Below the pieces are notes generated by a model that made no database searches, had not been told where the DNA came from, and saw nothing but the letters and a program-made list of their open reading frames with translations. Below are positions 1 to 13,330 of a stretch of 64,000 bases of DNA, piece by piece. Numbering within the stretch: position 1 is the stretch's first letter; each line of letters begins with the position of its first letter. The stretch covers positions 10,917,403 through 10,981,402 of the forward strand of contig CM082587.2 of the NCBI GenBank assembly GCA_040954595.2. Reading direction: 5' to 3'. Both the position numbers and the translations under genes were made by a program. Source of the DNA: Balanoglossus misakiensis (lineage: Eukaryota > Animalia > Hemichordata).

Positions 1-3000
1 CCCACCAAACACTCCAAATTGATGGGCACGACACTGGCCACTAGCTCTGCATGGCCTGGTTAATCAATGTTGACGCAAAGGCTGACCCCACCAAACACTC
101 CAAATTGATGGGCACGACACTGGCCACTAGCTCTGCATGGCCTGGTTAATCAATGTTGACGCAAAGGCTGACCCCACCAAACACTCCAAATTGATGGGCA
201 CGACACTGGCCACTAGCTCTGCATGGCCTGGTTAATCAATGTTGACGCAAAGGCTGACCCCACCAAACACTCAAAATTGATGGGCACGACACTGGCCACT
301 AGCTCTGCATGGCCTGGTTAATCAATGTTGACGCAAAGGCTGACCCCACCAAACACTCAAAATTGATGGGCACAACACTGGCCACTAGCTCTGCATGGCC
401 TGGTTAATCAATGTTGACGCAAAGGCTGACCCCACCAAACACTCAAAATTGATGGGCACGACACTGGCCACTAGCTCTGCATGGCCTGGTTAATCAATGT
501 TGACGCAAAGGCTGACCCCACCAAACACTCAAAATTGATGGGCACGACACTGGCCACTAGCTCTGCATGGCCTGGTTAATCAATGTTGACGCAAAGGCTG
601 ACCCCACCAAACACTCCAAATTGATGGGCACGACACTGGCCACTAGCTCTGCATGGCCTGGTTAATCAATGTTGACGCAAAGGCTGACCCCACCAAACAC
701 TCCAAATTGATGGGCACGACACTGGCCACTAGCTCTGCATGGCCTGGTTAATCAATGTTGACGCAAAGGCTGACCCCACCAAACACTCCAAATTGATGGG
801 CACGACACTGGCCACTAGCTCTGCATGGCCTGGTTAATCAATGTTGACGCAAAGGCTGACCCCACCAAACACTCAAAATTGATGGGCACGACACTGGCCA
901 CTAGCTCTGCATGGCCTGGTTAATCAATGTTGACGCAAAGGCTGACCCCACCAAACACTCAAAATTGATGGGCACAACACTGGCCACTAGCTCTGCATGG
1001 CCTGGTTAATCAATGTTGACGCAAAGGCTGACCCCACCAAACACTCAAAATTGATGGGCACGACACTGGCCACTAGCTCTGCATGGCCTGGTTAATCAAT
1101 GTTGACGCAAAGGCTGACCCCACCAAACACTCAAAATTGATGGGCACGACACTGGCCACTAGCTCTGCATGGCCTGGTTAATCAATGTTGACGCAAAGGC
1201 TGACCCCACCAAACACTCAAAATTGATGGGCACGACACTGGCCACTAGCTCTGCATGGCCTGGTTAATCAATGTTGACGCAAAGGCTGACCCCACCAAAC
1301 ACTCAAAATTGATGGGCACGACACTGGCCACTAGCTCTGCATGCCTGGTTAATCAATGTTGACGCAAAGGCTGACCCCACCAAACACTCAAAATTGATGG
1401 GCACGACACTGGCCACTAGCTCTGCATGGCCTGGTTAATCAATGTTGACGCAAAGGCTGACCCCACCAAACACTCAAAATTGATGGGCACGACACTGGCC
1501 ACTAGCTCTGCATGGCCTGGTTAATCAATGTTGACGCAAAGGCTGACCCCACCAAACACTCAAAATTGATGGGCACGACACTGGCCACTAGCTCTGCATG
1601 GCCTGGTTAATCAATGTTGACGCAAAGGCTGACCCCACCAAACACTCAAAATTGATGGGCACGACACTGGCCACTAGCTCTGCATGGCCTGGTTAATCAA
1701 TGTTGACGCAAAGGCTGACCCCACCAAACACTCAAAATTGATGGGCACGACACTGGCCACTAGCTCTGCATGGCCTGGTTAATCAATGTTGACGCAAAGG
1801 CTGACCCCACCAAACACTCAAAATTGATGGGCACGACACTGGCCACTAGCTCTGCATGGCCTGGTTAATCAATGTTGACGCAAAGGCTGACCCCACCAAA
1901 CACTCAAAATTGATGGGCACGACACTGGCCACTAGCTCTGCATGGCCTGGTTAATCAATGTTGACGCAAAGGCTGACCCCACCAAACACTCAAAATTGAT
2001 GGGCACGACACTGGCCACTAGCTCTGCATGGCCTGGTTAATCAATGTTGACGCAAAGGCTGACCCCACCAAACACTCAAAATTGATGGGCACGACACTGG
2101 CCACTAGCTCTGCATGGCCTGGTTAATCAATGTTGACGCAAAGGCTGACCCCACCAAACACTCAAAATTGATGGGCACGACACTGGCCACTAGCTCTGCA
2201 TGGCCTGGTTAATCAATGTTGACGCAAAGGCTGACCCCACCAAACACTCAAAATTGATGGGCACGACACTGGCCACTAGCTCTGCATGGCCTGGTTAATC
2301 AATGTTGACGCAAAGGCTGACCCCACCAAACACTCAAAATTGATGGGCACGACACTGGCCACTAGCTCTGCATGGCCTGGTTAATCAATGTTGACGCAAA
2401 GGCTGACCCCACCAAACACTCAAAATTGATGGGCACGACACTGGCCACTAGCTCTGCATGGCCTGGTTAATCAATGTTGACGCAAAGGCTGACCCCACCA
2501 AACACTCAAAATTGATGGGCACGACACTGGCCACTAGCTCTGCATGGCCTGGTTAATCAATGTTGACGCAAAGGCTGACCCCACCAAACACTCAAAATTG
2601 ATGGGCACGACACTGGCCACTAGCTCTGCATGGCCTGGTTAATCAATGTTGACGCAAAGGCTGACCCCACCAAACACTCAAAATTGATGGGCACGACACT
2701 GGCCACTAGCTCTGCATGGCCTGGTTAATCAATGTTGACGCAAAGGCTGACCCCACCAAACACTCAAAATTGATGGGCACGACACTGGCCACTAGCTCTG
2801 CATGGCCTGGTTAATCAATGTTGACGCAAAGGCTGACCCCACCAAACACTCAAAATTGATGGGCACGACACTGGCCACTAGCTCTGCATGGCCTGGTTAA
2901 TCAATGTTGACGCAAAGGCTGACCCCACCAAACACTCAAAATTGATGGGCACGACACTGGCCACTAGCTCTGCATGGCCTGGTTAATCAATGTTGACGCA

Positions 3001-6000
3001 AAGGCTGACCCCACCAAACACTCAAAATTGATGGGCACGACACTGGCCACTAGCTCTGCATGGCCTGGTTAATCAATGTTGACGCAAAGGCTGACCCCAC
3101 CAAACACTCAAAATTGATGGGCACGACACTGGCCACTAGCTCTGCATGGCCTGGTTAATCAATGTTGACGCAAAGGCTGACCCCACCAAACACTCAAAAT
3201 TGATGGGCACGACACTGGCCACTAGCTCTGCATGGCCTGGTTAATCAATGTTGACGCAAAGGCTGACCCCACCAAACACTCAAAATTGATGGGCACGACA
3301 CTGGCCACTAGCTCTGCATGGCCTGGTTAATCAATGTTGACGCAAAGGCTGACCCCACCAAACACTCAAAATTGATGGGCACGACACTGGCCACTAGCTC
3401 TGCATGGCCTGGTTAATCAATGTTGACGCAAAGGCTGACCCCACCAAACACTCAAAATTGATGGGCACGACACTGGCCACTAGCTCTGCATGGCCTGGTT
3501 AATCAATGTTGACGCAAAGGCTGACCCCACCAAACACTCAAAATTGATGGGCACGACACTGGCCACTAGCTCTGCATGGCCTGGTTAATCAATGTTGACG
3601 CAAAGGCTGACCCCACCAAACACTCAAAATTGATGGGCACGACACTGGCCACTAGCTCTGCATGGCCTGGTTAATCAATGTTGACGCAAAGGCTGACCCC
3701 ACCAAACACTCAAAATTGATGGGCACGACACTGGCCACTAGCTCTGCATGGCCTGGTTAATCAATGTTGACGCAAAGGCTGACCCCACCAAACACTCAAA
3801 ATTGATGGGCACGACACTGGCCACTAGCTCTGCATGGCCTGGTTAATCAATGTTGACGCAAAGGCTGACCCCACCAAACACTCAAAATTGATGGGCACGA
3901 CACTGGCCACTAGCTCTGCATGGCCTGGTTAATCAATGTTGACGCAAAGGCTGACCCCACCAAACACTCAAAATTGATGGGCACGACACTGGCCACTAGC
4001 TCTGCATGGCCTGGTTAATCAATGTTGACGCAAAGGCTGACCCCACCAAACACTCAAAATTGATGGGCACGACACTGGCCACTAGCTCTGCATGGCCTGG
4101 TTAATCAATGTTGACGCAAAGGCTGACCCCACCAAACACTCAAAATTGATGGGCACGACACTGGCCACTAGCTCTGCATGGCCTGGTTAATCAATGTTGA
4201 CGCAAAGGCTGACCCCACCAAACACTCAAAATTGATGGGCACGACACTGGCCACTAGCTCTGCATGGCCTGGTTAATCAATGTTGACGCAAAGGCTGACC
4301 CCACCAAACACTCAAAATTGATGGGCACGACACTGGCCACTAGCTCTGCATGGCCTGGTTAATCAATGTTGACGCAAAGGCTGACCCCACCAAACACTCA
4401 AAATTGATGGGCACGACACTGGCCACTAGCTCTGCATGGCCTGGTTAATCAATGTTGACGCAAAGGCTGACCCCACCAAACACTCAAAATTGATGGGCAC
4501 GACACTGGCCACTAGCTCTGCATGGCCTGGTTAATCAATGTTGACGCAAAGGCTGACCCCACCAAACACTCAAAATTGATGGGCACGACACTGGCCACTA
4601 GCTCTGCATGGCCTGGTTAATCAATGTTGACGCAAAGGCTGACCCCACCAAACACTCAAAATTGATGGGCACGACACTGGCCACTAGCTCTGCATGGCCT
4701 GGTTAATCAATGTTGACGCAAAGGCTGACCCCACCAAACACTCAAAATTGATGGGCACGACACTGGCCACTAGCTCTGCATGGCCTGGTTAATCAATGTT
4801 GACGCAAAGGCTGACCCCACCAAACACTCAAAATTGATGGGCACGACACTGGCCACTAGCTCTGCATGGCCTGGTTAATCAATGTTGACGCAAAGGCTGA
4901 CCCCACCAAACACTCAAAATTGATGGGCACGACACTGGCCACTAGCTCTGCATGGCCTGGTTAATCAATGTTGACGCAAAGGCTGACCCCACCAAACACT
5001 CAAAATTGATGGGCACGACACTGGCCACTAGCTCTGCATGGCCTGGTTAATCAATGTTGACGCAAAGGCTGACCCCACCAAACACTCAAAATTGATGGGC
5101 ACGACACTGGCCACTAGCTCTGCATGGCCTGGTTAATCAATGTTGACGCAAAGGCTGACCCCACCAAACACTCAAAATTGATGGGCACGACACTGGCCAC
5201 TAGCTCTGCATGGCCTGGTTAATCAATGTTGACGCAAAGGCTGACCCCACCAAACACTCAAAATTGATGGGCACGACACTGGCCACTAGCTCTGCATGGC
5301 CTGGTTAATCAATGTTGACGCAAAGGCTGACCCCACCAAACACTCAAAATTGATGGGCACGACACTGGCCACTAGCTCTGCATGGCCTGGTTAATCAATG
5401 TTGACGCAAAGGCTGACCCCACCAAACACTCAAAATTGATGGGCACGACACTGGCCACTAGCTCTGCATGGCCTGGTTAATCAATGTTGACGCAAAGGCT
5501 GACCCCACCAAACACTCAAAATTGATGGGCACGACACTGGCCACTAGCTCTGCATGGCCTGGTTAATCAATGTTGACGCAAAGGTTGACCCCACCAAACA
5601 CTCAAAATTGATGGGCACGACACTGGCCACTAGCTCTGCATGGCCTGGTTAATCAATGTTGACGCAAAGGTTGACCCCACCAAACACTCAAAATTGATGG
5701 GCACGACACTGGCCACTAGCTCTGCATGGCCTGGTTAATCAATGTTGACGCAAAGGTTGACCCCACCAAACACTCAAAATTGATGGGCACGACACTGGCC
5801 ACTAGCTCTGCATGGCCTGGTTAATCAATGTTGACGCAAAGGCTGACCCCACCAAACACTCAAAATTGATGGGCACGACACTGGCCACTAGCTCTGCATG
5901 GCCTGGTTAATCAATGTTGACGCAAAGGCTGACCCCACCAAACACTCAAAATTGATGGGCACGACACTGGCCACTAGCTCTGCATGGCCTGGTTAATCAA

Positions 6001-7091
6001 TGTTGACGCAAAGGCTGACCCCACCAAACACTCAAAATTGATGGGCACGACACTGGCCACTAGCTCTGCATGGCCTGGTTAATCAATGTTGACGCAAAGG
6101 CTGACCCCACCAAACACTCAAAATTGATGGGCACGACACTGGCCACTAGCTCTGCATGGCCTGGTTAATCAATGTTGACGCAAAGGCTGACCCCACCAAA
6201 CACTCAAAATTGATGGGCACGACACTGGCCACTAGCTCTGCATGGCCTGGTTAATCAATGTTGACGCAAAGGCTGACCCCACCAAACACTCAAAATTGAT
6301 GGGCACGACACTGGCCACTAGCTCTGCATGGCCTGGTTAATCAATGTTGACGCAAAGGCTGACCCCACCAAACACTCAAAATTGATGGGCACGACACTGG
6401 CCACTAGCTCTGCATGGCCTGGTTAATCAATGTTGACGCAAAGGCTGACCCCACCAAACACTCAAAATTGATGGGCACGACACTGGCCACTAGCTCTGCA
6501 TGGCCTGGTTAATCAATGTTGACGCAAAGGCTGACCCCACCAAACACTCAAAATTGATGGGCACGACACTGGCCACTAGCTCTGCATGGCCTGGTTAATC
6601 AATGTTGACGCAAAGGTTGACCCCACCAAACACTCAAAATTGATGGGCACGACACTGGCCACTAGCTCTGCATGGCCTGGTTAATCAATGTTGACGCAAA
6701 GGTTGACCCCACAAAAACTCAAAATTGATGGGCACGACACTGGCCACTAGCTCTGCATGGCCTGGTTAATCAATGTTGACGCAAAGGTTGACCCCACCAA
6801 ACACTCAAAATTGATGGGCACGACACTGGCCACTAGCTCTGCATGGCCTGGTTAATCAATGTTGACGCAAAGGTTGACCCCACCAAACACTCAAAATTGA
6901 TGGGCACGACACTGGCCACTAGCTCTGCATGGCCTGGTTAATCAATGTTGACGCAAAGGTTGACCCCACCAAACACTCAAAATTGATGGGCACGACACTG
7001 GCCACTAGCTCTGCATGGCCTGGTTAATCAATGTTGACGCAAAGGTTGACCCCACCAAACACTCAAAATTGATGGGCACGACGCTGGCCAC
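1..7091. repeat. 86-bp tandem satellite array (~82 units, open at window start)
   Basis: Unit CCCACCAAACACTCAAAATTGATGGGCACGACACTGGCCACTAGCTCTGCATGGCCTGGTTAATCAATGTTGACGCAAAGGCTGAC recurs at 1, 87, 431, 861...; very few variant positions; ends abruptly ~7091. Confidence 0.98.
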
Positions 7092-7239
7092 GACACTGTA
7101 CTATAATAATTCCGGACAATAAATGAACGTAAATCAGATCCGTGTCTCCGTGGATCACGGTTCCCGTCAGAGCCCGTTACCTCATCGCTACAGATTCCCC
7201 GATGCATGAACAATCATGAGAAACCAGCGGTAATACAAG

Positions 7240-7779
7240 TGTCACGATTGAGTTTTAACGATCATAGATCTTGTTTATGATTACGTAAAAAGTCATTCAC
7301 TTATATGGTTTTAGTCCAGTATTGACATAGGTACTTGACCCAGAGTAAACAAGATTGTGTAATTGATACATGTCAGAACGAGATAGAGATATCACGCGCT
7401 AAGTTCATGTTTAAGAAATATTAAGATGACGTGTTCCTTTTATGACTTAATACTTGACTAACGTATTAATAAGGTGTGGTGAAATTTGAGATCACACGTT
7501 TATCACCGGAGATCCGTGATGGGAGTCAACGAGCATGGATCGAGTCGTGTAATTCTTATGTGTGACCAGTAATAAACCAGAACTTTGTGTTACTCGGAAA
7601 ACTTGTTGTAAGTCTCTGTCTACGAAAGGTTTACGATCTGCCGGGTACCTCTCTCGGACTCTGTGAATATGTTGGGTGGAGAAGGAGATGGAGAGAATGT
7701 ACGCCGACAGCCTTCGGACGTGGCTGATTCCCCACAGAAGCTGATGAGGTAAACGTCCGGAGGACGACCGGCCGTAACA
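7240..7779 (+). repeat. 5' LTR (540 bp)
   Basis: TG...CA ends, internal AATAAA ~7571, followed by PBS-like sequence. Confidence 0.85.
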
Positions 7780-8210
7780 AGATGGTGTTAGAATCCGGGT
7801 AGGCAGAGATGTTGCCACTGATTCCTGAACCGAGAAAGAAGTAAGAAGAAAAAAAGCTGGCGAAACGGACGATCCAATGGTCTGCTTCAGAAGGAAACGA
7901 GAACAGAAAAAAGGTTGGTGCTGACTGTTGACTGCGTGGAATGCGTGGATGGGTTTTCAACGATGGATCTGTTGTTTGATCAGAGGGGCGTCGAATCCAG
8001 AAGCATGTAGTTGAAGCAGTTCTGGCGACGAAGAAAAGAGGTCTCGTGGAATGAAGAAGGGAAGACTCTTGAATCGTCTGCTATCGCAAAAGAACTGTGA
8101 TAGAATGACATTGAACTGAATAATCAGCCTTTTTAATCTATAGTTTGAGAGATTTGATCATTGAAATATTGCGTGATCGTATTTTCTTTGTCTACTCTGA
8201 TGACGTGAGT

Positions 8211-11180
8211 TCAATTAAATTCAATTTCAATTCAATTTATTACCCTTGTTGAAAAGTTGAAAAGTATTTACATAACTCATGAGTGAGACAGGTTGAATGA
8301 AAAGGTAATTGGGAACAGAAAATAGCAGGTGCTCGTCAAGTCTGTTCCCATTCCTCTGTACATTGCGGTATAAAAAATAGTTACATTTCTTTTTGAGGGC
8401 AGTGTATTTCCTAGAGAGAAGCAATATTAGGCATGTACACTGTAAAGGCAATTATGTACATAGACAGTAGCTAAAATTGAATGAAATAAATACATTGAAT
8501 TAATAAATAAACTACTATATATAAAGATGTATATATTTATAGTTAATTTTCTAAATACATCTGTTTGAGCGAGTACCGGAAAGTTTTTTGGGATTTTTTG
8601 TTTTTTATTTGTTCTGGTAATGAATTCCATAAGAGAGGGCCATTATAAGATATTGCAAATTTGCCCATTGTTGTATTTACACTTGGAATATGGAGATTAC
8701 CTTGGTTTTTGTGGCGTGTACTGTAATCATGGAGAGGTAATTGACAGTAGGTTGTCAGCCTTTGTGGAAGATTATTGTTTACAAGATCATACATGAAGGA
8801 GCATACCTGGAGCTTATGTAATTTGAAAATATCAGGGATTTTCAATTTATGGAATAAAGGAGTTGAATGAGCTGTGAAAACACTGAAGGTTATTGCTCTT
8901 ACTGCCATTTTTTGTAATAACTTAATACGGTTGAGATATGAAGGATATGTTGACCCCCATACTTCGAGGCCGTATGTTATATGTGGTTGGATAAGTGATT
9001 TGTAGAGTAAGGTAAGTATAGGGGTAGGTACAAAATGTCTGAGTTTAAAGAGAATGCCAACTTTCTTTCTGATGATTGTGTTTAGCATCTGGATATGTTT
9101 TGACAAGGTAAGATGCCTGTCAATGAGAATGCCAACAAATGATGCAGCTTCTACCTCATTTATGACCATATTATTTATGTGGAGAAAACCAACATCTATC
9201 TTTTAAATAATCTGTAAACCATTGTAGAGGACGTCCACGTATACCATAGTGAGAGAGTTTAGATAGTAATATTGTATGATCAATGGTATCAAAGGCTTTT
9301 GAAAAGTCAAGGAAAATGCCAAGTGTAATTCTGCCAGCATAAAGTTGCTTAATGAGATAATTGACAAGATTGATCAGAGAGAGTTTGGTACTATATTTTT
9401 GTCGAAAGGCATACGGATGTTCATATAGAATATTAAATTGTTCTACAAAGTTGGTAAGATGGGAGTTGACTATTTTTTCTAAGACTTTGCTTATAAGAGG
9501 TAAAATTGATATTGGTCTGTAATTTCCTGGATCATCAGTGGTTCCTTTCTTGAAACTTGGTATAACTTTTGCTGATTTTAGGGCTTTCAGAAATATTCCT
9601 TATTGAAAGGAGAGGTTGAATATGTATTCTAATGGTTTAGATATTACAGCATCTCCATCTATAAGAAGTCCAGCAGGAATTTGATCTTGGCCACAAGCTT
9701 TATAAGGATCTAGGCTACAAATAATTTTTTGTATTTCAAACTGAGTTGTTGGGGCAAGAAAGATTGAGTTTGAGATGGGTGCCTTGAGGTAATTATTGAA
9801 GTTGCAATTGTTAGACTTTATTTTACTAGCAAGGTCTGGACCAATACCAACAAAGTAGTTATTTAGCTCATTGACAATGTCAGTTTTCTTATTTACGGTT
9901 CGTACCTTACCATTAGACTTAACACACAGATTATCTGGCAGAGATTGACTGGCATTACCTTGGCTTCCAAGTATCTGTCTAATTGTTTTCCATATTGCAG
10001 TAGTGTTATTTTCATTTTGTATAAAAATATTGCTATAGTACATCTGTTTGGCTTTCCTGAGTAAAGCCGATAAAATATTTCGATATTTTTTATAATTATC
10101 AACAGCAACAGCATTATTAAATTTTGATTTATATAATTTGTTATATAGCCTATGTTTGGTGTTAATAGATTTTCTAAGTGATTTGGTGATCCAAGGTTTT
10201 TTTATTTTTTTGGTACTATAGGATTTTGTAGAAATAGGTGCATGTTTATCACAAATTTCATTAAAGACTGAATAAAAATTGTTGTAAGCCTCATTAGCAT
10301 CAGAGGAATGGTACACAGAATCCCATGTTGTGTTTTCAAGATCGTCGTAAAATTGGGAGGGACTATAGTTTTTGAAATTTCTGAAAATAATTTTCTCTTT
10401 TTGTGGCAATTTTAGAGGAATATTTTCTAAAAGAGTATACACAGGGAAATGGTCTGAAATATCTGTGATTATAGTGCCAGCATGAATAGGACGTTGATTA
10501 TTTTTTGTGTAGATGTGGTCAATTAAAGTTTCAGATGAACTAGTCACTCTGGTTGGGATAGATATCAGCTGTCTTAAGCCTATACATTCCAAGGAGGATA
10601 GATATGAATCTATATTGGGGTTGGTCAGTCTTATGTTAGTATCAATATTAAAATCGCCCATTAAAATACAATTATTTTTGTCACATCTGAACTCATTTAA
10701 AACTTGCACGAGACTAATTTGAAATTCTGTTATATCAGTATTAGGTTTTCTGTAGATTATTCCCATAATTATCTTCGTATTTTTAACCTGTACCTCCATC
10801 CAGAGTGATTCTGAGTGACTGACACTTGCTCGAAGCAGCTTGTAGATTACTGATGAATGTATGTAAGCCCCAACCCCACCACCCCTTCCTACTTCACGAG
10901 ACTTCACTTCTAATGTGTAATCTTGCATATTACAAATACTTAAGTTATTTGGGTCCCATACTTCAGAAATTCCAATGATAGCGAATTTGGACTTGATAAT
11001 ATCTTCATATAGTAATTTTAAGGCATCAACGTTTCTGTTTAATGATCTGACATTTAGATGGGAAACACAAAATGAATTATAAAGCTGGGGGGAAAAGTGT
11101 TCATCAAAATCACAGGGTGGAAGGGTATGATGACTAACATTGAAGAGAGGCCCTTTGAGTTTTATTGTAGTCTTACGCAT
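8211..11180 (-). mobile_element. CR1-group (L2/Crack-like) LINE, APE endonuclease + RT, degenerate copy 1
   Basis: ORF 9600-11180 has APE motifs (HLNVRSL, IGISEVW, GGGVGAYI, MGDFNID, LIDHIY, SDHFPV); ORF 8543-9169 is the RT C-terminal region; (ATTGA)n-type tail ~8211-8240; RT core deleted at ~9190. 5' boundary uncertain. Confidence 0.9.
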
Positions 11181-11606
11181 CCTTTCACATAAGAAGAGTT
11201 AGTAGACGTGAGTTGACTGACCGTTATTAACCGCTTTTGATTTGATATTGTTTTCCACCAAGTTTTTGCGTTGTTTTCGACATTGTAAATGTGTATTCTT
11301 TTGTTGAAGTGATGCCGTGAAGTGTAGTGACGTTTAATAGGTTTTTGAGGAGTTGTTGAAGTTTTTGTGATGACTGCAAGAGAGACGGTCTGGTGATGAA
11401 GTCGTGATGTTTTAATGACCGCAAGGGAGACGGTCTGGCGTATGAAAATGGCCCTTTGAGTTGGCATGTGAGTTCATACGAGGGACAAGAGAGAAGTTCC
11501 AGAGTGTAGTTGAAGTTGAGCGTGATTTTATTGTAGTCTTACGCATTCTTTCACATAAGAATTCGTTTCGTGGTTATTTTTGAACCTGACAGTATGATGA
11601 AGTGTA

Positions 11607-12002
11607 TCTGTATCTGTATCTGTATAATACTGCAGAGTAACTCAGAAATTGAGCAGTAATCCTGCAGGTGCGCAAGGTGAATTTAGTCGTGATGACTAGT
11701 TATTCCTGAAAGACCAGCTTTAAATTGCTCTAGGTTTGTGCTAGTTACAATGTTATCAGGTAAGTGGTTCCAGTCAATAATGGTTCGCGGAATGAAGGAG
11801 TGTTTGTAAGTATCTGTTTTGCACATTTGTATGAACAGGGGTCTTGAGTGTGAATTCCTGGATGTACGTGGGTTGAATTTAATATGACTTTCGGCTGGAG
11901 TTGCGATTTGGTTATTTACGATTTTGTACATAAGATGAAGCCGCTGTTCTCTCCTGCGATCAGATAGTGGTATTAAATTAAGATCTTTTAACATTCATTA
12001 AA
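11607..12002 (-). mobile_element. 5'-truncated second LINE (CR1/L2-group C-terminal fragment)
   Basis: ORF 11683-11994 (RRREQRLHLMYKI...SFIPRTIIDWNHLP) plus (CAGATA)n tail; absent at the matching site in copy 2 (~23700). Confidence 0.85.
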
Positions 12003-12453
12003 TTCATTTTTACTGTTTATTACGAGCTTGTATTGCATTATGATCCACTCTGAAATGCTCCGTACTTGGCGGTATTATCCGGAACCGTTATTGTGTTCGA
12101 GAGCATCTTTGGAATGTGCCTGCTCCGTTAGTACAGCAGTGAAGAGACTGTTTGTACGAAAGAACTATCAGACTTGATTTTTTTACGCGGTTATTGACTG
12201 TTGAATTTTTCACTGGAAAAGAGACACTCTTTGACGAGAAGTCAGAACAGTGAAGTCGTTTTGAATTTTGACATTGAAAACGTTTTATGCGATTTTCTTT
12301 AATTTGTTTGAACAGGCTGTGATATTATTTAAAGGTGATTATTGAGTTTGATTTTGACGTAGTGTATTTAAAACCGATAGCGCAGACCTGGTTTTCGTTT
12401 TCATTCTTTCTTTGATCGAACGTGGAAGTTCGATTATTGGAAAAGTGGGAAAG

Positions 12454-12993
12454 TGTCACGACTGAGTTTTAACGCTCATAGATCTTTTCTATGATTACGT
12501 AAGAAGTCATTCACTTGTATGGTTTTAGTCCAGTATTGACATAGGTACTTGACCCAGAGTAAACAAGATTGTGTAATTGATACATGTCAGAACGAGATAG
12601 AGATATCACGTGCTAAGTTCATGTTTAAGATATATTAAGATGACGTGTTCCTTTTATGACTTAATACTTGACTAACGTATTAATAAGGTGTGGTGAAATT
12701 TGAGATCACACGTTTATCACCGGAGATCCGTGATGGGAGTCAACGAGCATGGATCGAGTCGTGCAATTCTTACGTGTGACCAGTAATAAACCAGAACTTT
12801 GTGTTACTCGGAAAACTTGTTGCAAGTCTCTGTCTACGAAAGGTTTACGATCTGCCGGGTACCTCTCTCGGACTTTATGAATATGTTGGGTGGAGAAGGA
12901 GATGGAGAGAATGTACGCCGTCAGCCTTCGGACGTGGCTGATTCCCCACAGAAGCCGATGAGGTAAACGTCCGGAGGACGACCGGCCGTAACA
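12454..12993 (+). repeat. 3' LTR (540 bp)
   Basis: Homologous to 7240-7779; preceded by polypurine tract. Confidence 0.85.
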
Positions 12994-12996
12994 ACA

Positions 12997-13330
12997 AACT
13001 GCATGAATTAAAGTTCAACAATCCTTAGAAGACAGGAACGTCAGAGGTTGAATCTTGATGGGAAAAGGCGAGGTATCGCTGGTTATCATCGGCGTACTGA
13101 TGAAATTGTAGGATGTGGGGACGAATCAGTTTACTATAAAGTGGGGCTATATAAATGGTGAACAAGAGAGGGCCAGTGGCACCCCGTATACGAGAGGTGA
13201 CTGTGAACTTGCAGTGTTTTCGATGATTACAGTTTGATATCTATATTGAAGGTAAGATGTAAACCATGTTAGTACTGTGTCTGAGATGCCAAGGTTCGAT
13301 AGTCTACAAAGAAGTATCCCGTGATGCAAA
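12997..13330 (-). pseudogene. L2-type reverse transcriptase fragment
   Basis: HGILLCRLSNLGISDTVLTWFTSYL...YGVP, with a YADD motif on the minus strand near 13090; frameshifted. Confidence 0.75.

Larger units (their letters stand above)
7240..12993 (+). mobile_element. Non-autonomous/internally deleted LTR retroelement with nested LINEs
   Basis: 540-bp direct repeats at 7240-7779 and 12454-12993 with TGTCACG...CGTAACA ends; PBS-like TGGTGTTAGAA just after the 5' LTR; polypurine tract GGAAAAGTGGGAAAG before the 3' LTR; flanks ACAAG/ACAAA (imperfect 5-bp TSD); no gag/pol recognisable. Confidence 0.8.

Noticed and set aside
1-7091. CRISPR array
   Set aside because: No unique spacers; pure tandem repeat in spliceosomal-intron-containing eukaryotic DNA with no cas genes.
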